64,000 nt of DNA, taken from assembly GCA_964389465.1 (NCBI GenBank), contig CAYMDK010000004.1:15034-79033 (forward strand), read 5' to 3'. This document shows positions 25,096-32,735 of the stretch, piece after piece. Under the pieces are notes generated by a model. The model was given only the letters and a program-made list of their open reading frames with translations, was not told where the DNA came from and did no database searches. Origin of the DNA: an uncultured archaeon. Lineage in GTDB: Archaea; Thermoplasmatota; Poseidoniia; MGIII; CG-Epi1. Numbering within the stretch: position 1 is the first letter of the stretch; every line of letters starts with the position of its first letter. Position numbers and translations under genes: made by a program.

Positions 25096-25845
25096 GTGGC
25101 AGCGGTCCCGGTCCCGGGCGAGCCCGTGTTGCACCTGCCCGACGAGCGGGTGCTGGTTGTGGCGGACCTGCATTACGGCGTCGAGGCGGAGTTGCTGCGG
25201 GGCGGAGTGTGGGTTCCCAACCGCGCCCGCCAGCGCACCGAACGGTTGCTGGCACTGGTGGCGCAAACGGGTGCGGAGCGGCTGCTGCTGCTGGGCGACG
25301 TGAAGCACCAGGTGCCGCACTCGAGCCACCAGCAGCGGCGTGACCTGCGGCGCATGTTCGCCACGCTGGGTGAGGTGGTGAAGGTCGAGGTGGTCCCCGG
25401 CAACCACGACGGGGGGCTGCGCGAACTCGTGCCGGGTAGCGTCCGCTTCCACCCCGTGCAGGGAATCGTCGTTGGCGACGTGGGTCTGCACCACGGCCAC
25501 GCCTGGCCCGCGTCCGAGGTGGTCGCGTGCCGACAGGTGGTCGCAGGGCATAACCATCCGGCAATCGCCTTCCGGGACCGTGTCGAGAAGCTGCACACGG
25601 TCGACTGCTGGCTGCGCGTGCCGCTCGTTGCTGGCGAGCGCTACGACGCGGTGGGCGAGGAGCTGGTAATCATGCCCGCCTTCGGCGAACTGGCGGGCCG
25701 CACCATAAACCGCGAGCCGCTGACAGGCTTCGGCCCGCTGCTGCGCAACGGCTACGGCGACTTGCCGGCAGCGCGGATTGAGTCGCTCGACGGGCTCGAC
25801 TTCGGCGAATTGCGCCACCTGATGGACTTGCGGCTGGAGCGATGA
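25096..25845 (+). CDS. Calcineurin-like metallophosphoesterase (PdeM/MJ0037-like, helicase-associated)
   Basis: VLVVADLHYG, LLLLGDVKH, VPGNHD and GLHHGH motifs are present. The stop overlaps the start of the downstream helicase (ATGA). Confidence 0.75.
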   Translation: MAAVPVPGEPVLHLPDERVLVVADLHYGVEAELLRGGVWVPNRARQRTERLLALVAQTGAERLLLLGDVKHQVPHSSHQQRRDLRRMFATLGEVVKVEVVPGNHDGGLRELVPGSVRFHPVQGIVVGDVGLHHGHAWPASEVVACRQVVAGHNHPAIAFRDRVEKLHTVDCWLRVPLVAGERYDAVGEELVIMPAFGELAGRTINREPLTGFGPLLRNGYGDLPAARIESLDGLDFGELRHLMDLRLER

Positions 25846-28523
25846 AGCTCGACCCGCGGCTACGGGCTGCTCTGGAGAGCCGCGGGCTGGCGGAGCCAAC
25901 GCCGGCGCAATCAGCGGCGTGGCCGCCGATTGCGTCCGGGAAGCATACGTTGCTGATTGCCCCGACGGGCGTCGGCAAGACCGAGGCGGCGGTCGTGCCG
26001 CTGCTCGACGCGCTCCTGCGCGAGCCGGCGCAGCCGATTGCGGTGCTTTACATCACCCCGCTGCGGTCACTCAACCGCGACATGCTGCGCCGGCTCAAGG
26101 GCTTCGGCGAGGAGCTGGACCTGCCGGTCGCGGTGCGGCATGGCGACACGTCGCAGAAGGAGCGCAACCGGCAGTCGCGCCACCCCGCGCAGCTGCTGGT
26201 GACGACGCCGGAAACGCTGCAAATCATGCTCTCGGGCAAGCGGCTGCGCACCCACCTGGAGCAGGTGCGCGCCGTCGTGATTGATGAAGTGCACGAACTG
26301 GCGTCGAGCGAACGCGGCGCGCAGCTCTCGCTGGCGCTCGAGCGGCTGGCGCTGCTGGCAGGCGAATTCCAGCGCATCGGCCTGAGCGCGACAGTCGGCA
26401 CTCCCGGGGAGGTGGCCGGCTTTCTGGGCGGTGACCGCCCGGTCGAAATCGTCGCGCCGGCGATTGTGAGGAAGATGGATCTGCAGGTGGTTTCGCCGCA
26501 GCCCGATGACGCGGACGAGACGCTGGCGGACGAGCTCTGCTGGGAGCCGCAGCGGATTGCGGCGCTGCGCTACTGTGCCGACGCGGCTGCCGACCGGCCG
26601 ACGCTGCTCTTCGTCAATACGCGCGACACCGCCGAGGCGCTGGGCGTGCGATGGCGCATGTGGCAGCCCGAAGCGCCGATAATGGTGCACCACGGCTCAC
26701 TCTCGCGCGACGTGCGCATCGAGGCTGAGGAAGGCTACCGCACTGGCGATATCGGGGCGCTCATCTGCACATCGTCGCTCGAGCTGGGCATCGACGTCGG
26801 CAACACCGAGCTGGTATTGCAGTATAACTCCCCGCGCGACCCATCGCGGCTGAGCCAGCGGCTCGGCCGCTCCGGGCACCGGCTGCGCGCGACCGCCATC
26901 GGCCGCGTCGTCGCCAGTGAGCCGGTCGAGCTGCTCGAGGCCGCCGTCGTTGCGCGGCGCACGCTGGCGGGCGAGCTGGAGCCGTCGCGCATCCGTGAGG
27001 CGCCGCTCGCGGTGCTCGCCAACCAGCTCATCGCATGGACTGTCTGCGACAAGTCGGTCGACCGGCAGGCGATGCTCGGGGCTGCCCGGCGGGCGTGGCC
27101 GTTCCGCGAACTGCGGGGAGAGCGGCTGGACGAGCTGCTGGCGCTACTCGACCAGCTGCACCAGGCGCGGCCCGTGGAAAACAACGTGCGGCAGGGACCG
27201 CGCGCGCTAAAGTATTTCCATGGCAACCTGTCGCTAATCCCCGATGAGAAGACGATGTCGGTGCGCGACATTTCGACGCGTCGGCTCATCGGGCGACTCG
27301 ACGAGCGGTTCATCCTGGACCTGGCGCCGGGCGAGCGCATTATCTTCCGTGGCGCGGCGTGGGAAGTGCTCGAAATCGAGGAGGAAGTCACGGTCGCCCC
27401 GGCCCCGGCGCTGGGCGAACTGCCGCGCTGGATTGGCGAGGATATTCCGGTGCCCCAGTCGGTCGCCCGCGAAGTCGTGGAACGGCTCGCAACGGGCGAC
27501 TGGGAGGGACTTCCGCTCGCCCCGGAGGCGTGCGAAGCGCTGGAAAACTTCCGAACATCTGTATTTAAAGATGGCGAGACGCCCGCGCCCGGTCGCATGA
27601 CGCTGGAGCGGCATGAGCGGCTGCTGGTGCTGACGCACGCTGGCGGGACGCGGCTCAACCGCACGCTGGGGATGGTTCTGGCGTCGCTGCTCACTTCACG
27701 GGCGGGAGAGGCGTGCGGTTTCCAGAGCGACCCCTACCGTGTCATTCTCGACCTGCCAGTGAGGCTGCGCGCACGCGAGGTGGCGGAGACGCTGCGCGCG
27801 CTGCGCCCCGGGCTGGGGCCGCTGCTGCGGCTCGCCGTGCGGGGTTCCCCCGCTTTGGGACCGCAGCTGCTGCACGTCGCGCGCAAGATGGGTGCGATTG
27901 CTCCCGACGCCGACGTAGGGCGCTTCGGGCTGCGGCGGCTGCTGGCAGCCTACGGCGACACGCCGCTCTACCGCGAGGCAGTCGAGCGGCTGCTGTTCCA
28001 CCAGCTCGACGAACCGGGGCTAGAGGCGCTCGCCACAGCGCTGGCGGACGGCAAGCTCGAAATCGTCGCGTCCGCGGCGACGCCGTTCGGGGCTGGCGCG
28101 CTGGAGCCGTATCGCGACCTGCTCAAGCCGCCGCGTCCCGGCAGCGCCATCCTGGCGGCGGTCGAGCGACGGCTGCGCCGCACCCTGCTGCGGCTCGAAT
28201 GTCTGGCGTGCGACAACTCCCGCCGTCGCCGCAGCGGTGACGTCACCGCCGGGGAATTGCGCTGCCCGAAATGCAGCGGACAGATGATTGCGCTGCTCCA
28301 TCCGCTCGAGGCGGAGCGCGGTGTTCCGGCGCGCCAGCGCGAGCGAGCGGCATCGCTGGCGCGCACGCATGGCCCACGTGCGGCGCTGGTACTGGCGGGC
28401 CGTGGCGTCGGCCCCGCGACGGCAGGCCGTATCCTGCGGCGGCAGCTGCCCGACGACCAGCTGGTGCAGGCCATCATGGAGTCTGAAATAACCTACGCGC
28501 GCACGCGCCGTTTCTGGGACTGA
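25842..28523 (+). CDS. lhr: Lhr-family ATP-dependent DEAD/DEAH helicase with C-terminal zinc ribbon
   Basis: Motif I is LIAPTGVGKTEAA, motif II is VIDEVHEL, motif III is LSATVG and motif VI is SQRLGRSGHR. A long DEAD/H-associated C-terminal region ends with CLACD..CPKCSG. Confidence 0.9.
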   Translation: MKLDPRLRAALESRGLAEPTPAQSAAWPPIASGKHTLLIAPTGVGKTEAAVVPLLDALLREPAQPIAVLYITPLRSLNRDMLRRLKGFGEELDLPVAVRHGDTSQKERNRQSRHPAQLLVTTPETLQIMLSGKRLRTHLEQVRAVVIDEVHELASSERGAQLSLALERLALLAGEFQRIGLSATVGTPGEVAGFLGGDRPVEIVAPAIVRKMDLQVVSPQPDDADETLADELCWEPQRIAALRYCADAAADRPTLLFVNTRDTAEALGVRWRMWQPEAPIMVHHGSLSRDVRIEAEEGYRTGDIGALICTSSLELGIDVGNTELVLQYNSPRDPSRLSQRLGRSGHRLRATAIGRVVASEPVELLEAAVVARRTLAGELEPSRIREAPLAVLANQLIAWTVCDKSVDRQAMLGAARRAWPFRELRGERLDELLALLDQLHQARPVENNVRQGPRALKYFHGNLSLIPDEKTMSVRDISTRRLIGRLDERFILDLAPGERIIFRGAAWEVLEIEEEVTVAPAPALGELPRWIGEDIPVPQSVAREVVERLATGDWEGLPLAPEACEALENFRTSVFKDGETPAPGRMTLERHERLLVLTHAGGTRLNRTLGMVLASLLTSRAGEACGFQSDPYRVILDLPVRLRAREVAETLRALRPGLGPLLRLAVRGSPALGPQLLHVARKMGAIAPDADVGRFGLRRLLAAYGDTPLYREAVERLLFHQLDEPGLEALATALADGKLEIVASAATPFGAGALEPYRDLLKPPRPGSAILAAVERRLRRTLLRLECLACDNSRRRRSGDVTAGELRCPKCSGQMIALLHPLEAERGVPARQRERAASLARTHGPRAALVLAGRGVGPATAGRILRRQLPDDQLVQAIMESEITYARTRRFWD

Positions 28524-28553
28524 GTTAATACCGGAGGGCTGGTGCCCGCTATC

Positions 28554-29396
28554 ATGCCAGAAGCCAGCCATCCTGCTTCTCTCTGGCTGCCACCAATGCC
28601 GTTCATCTACGGCAGCTGCATGTTGCTTTTCTTGCTTGATATCCACCTGCTGCCACGGATTTTCGTAGGATATGGCGCCATCGAGCCTGAGTATCGTCCT
28701 CTGGAACAGGCCACACGACTGGCCTACCTGCTGGTGGCGATGGTGGCATGGCTTGATCTTCGACTGGGTGATAGCAACGGGGAGAATCGCTCGCGTAGCG
28801 TGGGTTGGCTGTTACTTTCCCTCGGTCTAGTAATGGTGCTCTTGGAAAACAATTGGGATCTCACCCTTCGTGAAACGCTACTTGGCCGGCTTGTTTTTGC
28901 AGCGCTGCTTGGAGCAGTACTGGTTTGGCTATCCTGGCTTACACTCTACTGGGGATGGCGGATGCCAACACTCTACTGCCTCGTGGTAGTGCTCTTGGCG
29001 CTGGGACAGGCGGCTGACACTTTTCACGATGATCAGGGTGGAAGACTGCTGGAGAATCCGGCAGTCCGCGCTGTCGGTACATCCCATGGTCTGGAGGAGA
29101 CCAGTGAGCTGCTCGCGGCTTGGGTGCTTTTTCACGCAGCCTGGCTCTGGCACTGCCGACAGTCCGTGACCATCCGGTTCTGGCGCACGGCAGTGGGTGC
29201 TCGGCTGGTGGGGGGACTTCTGCTTTTGGGGGTGGGCAACGGTTTCTTGGCCTTCACGCGGGAAGGGCATGGCGGACACTTCATTTCCAATGAAATGGCG
29301 ATACTAGGTTTCTTGCTGATGGTCATGGGTGTTTGGGTGGCGTGGAGACAGCTAAAGCAGTCCGTTCCGCTGTCCCACCCAGACGTAGATACCTAA
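28554..29396 (+). CDS. Hypothetical polytopic (~7-8 TM) membrane protein, lower GC than surroundings
   Basis: ORF 28542..29396 has an in-frame ATG at 28554. It contains repeated hydrophobic segments and a Trp-rich composition. No family recognised. Confidence 0.5.
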   Translation: MPEASHPASLWLPPMPFIYGSCMLLFLLDIHLLPRIFVGYGAIEPEYRPLEQATRLAYLLVAMVAWLDLRLGDSNGENRSRSVGWLLLSLGLVMVLLENNWDLTLRETLLGRLVFAALLGAVLVWLSWLTLYWGWRMPTLYCLVVVLLALGQAADTFHDDQGGRLLENPAVRAVGTSHGLEETSELLAAWVLFHAAWLWHCRQSVTIRFWRTAVGARLVGGLLLLGVGNGFLAFTREGHGGHFISNEMAILGFLLMVMGVWVAWRQLKQSVPLSHPDVDT

Positions 29397-29478
29397 CGCT
29401 CCAGCAGCAGCCGTCACCTACGCCTGCCCACGCCGTTTCTGGGACTGACGCTAAAAACAGGGCACCGCTTGCGACGCC

Positions 29479-30792
29479 ATGGAAGGCCGCAGTTGGTTGC
29501 AGGCATGGCTGGCGCTGCTGCTGGTTCTGTTCCTGCTCTCTGTCGGTTGGCGTAACCTGCCCGAGGAGCAGCCGCAGGCACAATATAGCCTTCCGATCTA
29601 CGAATATGCACACAATGGCGAAGCTGCATCCGTCACGGGCGGGCACGTCTATCGCGGCGCAGCGGTACCATCACTCGCCGGCAAGTACATTTTCGGAGAC
29701 TACACTTACGGCAGGATATGGGCGCTCGAGCGCACCGACGACGGCCCGCAGGTCGAGCTGCTCATAGATTCGCTGGAGGATCCAGCCTGGGAGGCGCGGC
29801 TCTCCGCCAGCGCATTCGGCATTGATGATGCCGGTGAGCTTTATGTGGCAGATCATGGCGGCACCATATGGCGCTTTACTGAGGCCAGCGGAACTCTAGC
29901 TCTAGTGGACACGTTTCCGGGGTTGGGGTTCGTGAACCCTGTCGGCCTTGCAGCCACGGGTGACGGCAGGCTCTGTATTGTCGAGCAGCCCGGCCGTGTT
30001 ATCTGCCCGCACGATGGCAACGCCACGGTCTTGCTCGACATTCACGAAGCGGTAAACGACGACGACTGGGAACAGGGTCTCCTCGGGCTGGCGTTCCATC
30101 CCGGCTTCGCGGAGAACGGTCGCTTCTTTGTCACTTACACCACGCATGATGATGGTGCCCTGCGGCTGGCCGAGTTCAGCGCCAGTGCCAACACGACCGG
30201 GGTCCGCAATCATGCCAACTTGAGCAGTCAACGGGTACTGCTCGAGGTGGCTCAACCCTATCGCAACCATAACGGTGGCCACCTGGAGTTCGGACCTGAC
30301 GGACATCTATGGCTGGGGCTGGGCGACGGCGGCAAGTACAGCGATGCCTTCGGCAACGCGCAGGACCTGGAGACGCTGCTGGGGTCGCTGCTACGTTTCG
30401 ACATTGATGACGGTGATCCGTATGGAATTCCGGATGACAATCCCTTTGCCGATGGTGGAGGCCGCCCTGAAATCTGGGCGTACGGCTTCCGCAACCCCTG
30501 GAAGTTCAGTTTCGACCGGGAGACAGGCGAGCTATGGCTGGGCGACGTAGGGCAGGACGAATCGGAGGAAATCAATATCGTCGAGCGTGGCGGCAACTAC
30601 GGCTGGGCCTACTACGAGGGGATACACTGCTATGAATCACCTTTCGAATTTTATGACGGCTGGGACTGCTCCGGGCTTGACCCGCAGGCAGAACGCGCAT
30701 GGCTCTGGGAACGGGTGCTGCTCAACCCTCTGGCGCTGCTGCTGCTCGGCGCGAGCCTGCTCATTGCGCGCCGGCTAGGACGGAAATCGTAG
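29479..30792 (+). CDS. PQQ-dependent sugar (glucose/sorbosone) dehydrogenase beta-propeller, apparently circularly permuted, TM segment at both ends
   Basis: GLLGLAFHPGFAENGRFFVTYT, HNGGHLEFGPDGHLWLGLGDGG, GIPDDNPF, EIWAYGFRNPWKFSFD..LWLGDVGQDESEEINIV..GGNYGW are present. The normally C-terminal blade, SVTGGHVYRGAAVPSLAGKYIFGDYTYGRIWAL..GELYVADHGGTIWRF, sits at the N-terminus. Confidence 0.8.
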   Translation: MEGRSWLQAWLALLLVLFLLSVGWRNLPEEQPQAQYSLPIYEYAHNGEAASVTGGHVYRGAAVPSLAGKYIFGDYTYGRIWALERTDDGPQVELLIDSLEDPAWEARLSASAFGIDDAGELYVADHGGTIWRFTEASGTLALVDTFPGLGFVNPVGLAATGDGRLCIVEQPGRVICPHDGNATVLLDIHEAVNDDDWEQGLLGLAFHPGFAENGRFFVTYTTHDDGALRLAEFSASANTTGVRNHANLSSQRVLLEVAQPYRNHNGGHLEFGPDGHLWLGLGDGGKYSDAFGNAQDLETLLGSLLRFDIDDGDPYGIPDDNPFADGGGRPEIWAYGFRNPWKFSFDRETGELWLGDVGQDESEEINIVERGGNYGWAYYEGIHCYESPFEFYDGWDCSGLDPQAERAWLWERVLLNPLALLLLGASLLIARRLGRKS

Positions 30793-30799
30793 CGCGCGC

Positions 30800-31567
30800 C
30801 TACTCCAGCCCCAGCTCGCGCCGGTCAACAATCACATAATTCTTGCGCTGCAAGTTGGTCAGGTAACCATACCAGTAAACCAGCATCCCGTGGCCGTAGA
30901 GCTCGACGTATTGCGAGACCTGCCCGCGATGGTTCTTGCGATGGATGTAGTCGTCGCCAAAGCTCGCCTTGGACTCGACCCAGTGGTATTCGTCACCGTG
31001 CCACACCAGCGGCTTCAACAGCAGGAAGTCCGGCGTCTTGCCCTCGACCGTGCCCTGCCGCAGGTCGTTCTCGGTGAAATATTCCAGCTTCTGCCCATCG
31101 AGCCACACCGCCAGGCGGTCCTCGCGACGGTCGCCTTCGGCCGCCTGCTTGCCGTGCGATATGGGTGTGTAGAGTTCGTCGCGCGTGGTTATATCCTCGA
31201 GTTCCTTCCGCAGCCGCTCGTCCTTGACCAGCTTCGTGTTCTTCAGCAATTCCTTGGTGCGCTTCTTGGAGTGGCGCATTTCCATTAGCAGGAAGTTGGC
31301 GAGCAGCACCGGCGGAAAATCAAGTTCGAGTGCCAAGTCGCCGATGGAGATGCCCGTCTTCCAGCGCTGGAGGTGCTTTCGCGAGCGATCCTTGACACGG
31401 TAATGGTTCTTGATTGACTTGCGTTGCAGGAATTGCGAACGGATGGCGCGCACGGCGTCGTACGGTTGCTCGAACTTGCCGGCGACTTCCTCGACGCCGG
31501 TATGCACGCCGTAGCCGCGATGCCGGTCAAGTTCCCTGAGAATTTCCCGGTAAACCTTCTCTTCCAC
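30800..31567 (-). CDS. CDIN1/C15orf41-like protein (TPD-motif PD-(D/E)XK nuclease with N-terminal helical/HTH region)
   Basis: GKTPDFLLLKPLVWHGDEYHWVESKASFGDD...GMLVYWYGY closely matches the TPD...ESKASFGD...YWYG core I recall from the human C15orf41 family. Starts with GTG. Confidence 0.7.
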   Translation of the reverse strand: MEEKVYREILRELDRHRGYGVHTGVEEVAGKFEQPYDAVRAIRSQFLQRKSIKNHYRVKDRSRKHLQRWKTGISIGDLALELDFPPVLLANFLLMEMRHSKKRTKELLKNTKLVKDERLRKELEDITTRDELYTPISHGKQAAEGDRREDRLAVWLDGQKLEYFTENDLRQGTVEGKTPDFLLLKPLVWHGDEYHWVESKASFGDDYIHRKNHRGQVSQYVELYGHGMLVYWYGYLTNLQRKNYVIVDRRELGLE

Positions 31568-31586
31568 GGCCGGGCAGGGCGGGTCG

Positions 31587-31594
31587 CTAAAAAG
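31587..31594. promoter_or_regulatory. Shared TATA box (CTAAAAAG) for the divergent CDIN1-like and M24 peptidase genes
   Basis: It lies 20-27 nt from GTG 31567 (minus) and 21-28 nt from ATG 31615 (plus). Confidence 0.4.
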
Positions 31595-31614
31595 GCAGGG
31601 GCCGCTGGCGCGAC

Positions 31615-32703
31615 ATGGAACGGCTGGCGCAATTGCGTGAAGCGATGGCCGACGCAGGTCTCGAATTGCTGGCGCTGGTCCCCGGCCCCAACCTGCGCTA
31701 CCTGACGGGGCTCCAGTTCCACCTCAGCGAGCGCCCCTTGCTCCTGCTGGTTCCGCGCCGTCGCCGGCCGGTGATGGTGCTGCCGGAGCTGGAGCGCTCC
31801 CGCGTCGAAGCGCTGGAGTGCGACCTTGTCACCTATTCTGATGCGGCCGGCCCTGCCAGCGCGTTCGAAGCGGCGGCAGCCGGGCTGCCGCCGGGTCGGC
31901 TAGGCGTCGAAGGACGCAGCCTGCGCTTCATGGAGCTGGAGCTGCTGGCGCAGGCGAAAATCGGCGACGAACGGGTTGATGCCAGCATGACGCTGGCGCA
32001 GTTGCGGATGCGCAAATCGGCCGCCGAGTTGACGAAGATGGAGCGCGCCGTGGCGCTGGCGGAAGCCGCCTTCCGCGAAGTGCAACCCTCCATCAGGGTC
32101 GGCATGCGCGAAAGCGAGCTGGCGGCGGTGCTGGTGCAGGCGCTCTACCGCGCCGGCTCCGAACCGGAATTGCCGTTCGCCCCCATCGTTGCGAGTGGCC
32201 CCAACGGCGCCATCCCGCATCACTTCCCCGGCGACCGCAAACTGGCAAAAGGCGACATGCTGATTGTCGACTGGGGCGCGACCTGCGAGGGTTATTTTTC
32301 GGACATCACCCGCACCTTCGTTGTCGCTGCCGAGCCGACGCAACCGCAGATCGAAGCGCACGAAGCGGTGCGCACCGCCTCGCGGGCGGCGCGCACATTG
32401 GCCGCGCCCGGTATCCTTGCCAGCGAAGTGGACGCGGCGGCGCGCAACACCCTTGACGGAGCGGGCTACGGCGAGTTATTCATCCACCGCACCGGCCATG
32501 GACTGGGGCTTGAGGTTCACGAAGAGCCGTATATAAATCAGAATTCTGCCGTTGCGCTCGAGCCCGGGATGACCTTCACGGTCGAGCCGGGCGTCTATAT
32601 TCCATCGCTGGGCGGCATCCGCATTGAGGACGATGTCGTCATCACGCGGGACGGCAGTCGCAGCCTCACCAGCCTGCCGCGCGGCCTGCTGGTCGTCGGG
32701 TGA
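31615..32703 (+). CDS. M24-family Xaa-Pro aminopeptidase/dipeptidase
   Basis: DMLIVDWGATCEGYFSDITRT, HRTGHGLGLEVHEEP and GMTFTVEPGVY..GGIRIEDDVVIT are the metal-ligand motifs of the pita-bread fold. Confidence 0.85.
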   Translation: MERLAQLREAMADAGLELLALVPGPNLRYLTGLQFHLSERPLLLLVPRRRRPVMVLPELERSRVEALECDLVTYSDAAGPASAFEAAAAGLPPGRLGVEGRSLRFMELELLAQAKIGDERVDASMTLAQLRMRKSAAELTKMERAVALAEAAFREVQPSIRVGMRESELAAVLVQALYRAGSEPELPFAPIVASGPNGAIPHHFPGDRKLAKGDMLIVDWGATCEGYFSDITRTFVVAAEPTQPQIEAHEAVRTASRAARTLAAPGILASEVDAAARNTLDGAGYGELFIHRTGHGLGLEVHEEPYINQNSAVALEPGMTFTVEPGVYIPSLGGIRIEDDVVITRDGSRSLTSLPRGLLVVG

Positions 32704-32704
32704 G

Positions 32705-32712
32705 TTTTATCT
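32705..32712 (+). promoter_or_regulatory. TATA box (TTTTATCT) for the TSP3-repeat gene
   Basis: Centred about 27 nt upstream of ATG 32736. Confidence 0.4.
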
Positions 32713-32735
32713 AGCGCGCCCCGGCGTAGCCGGGG

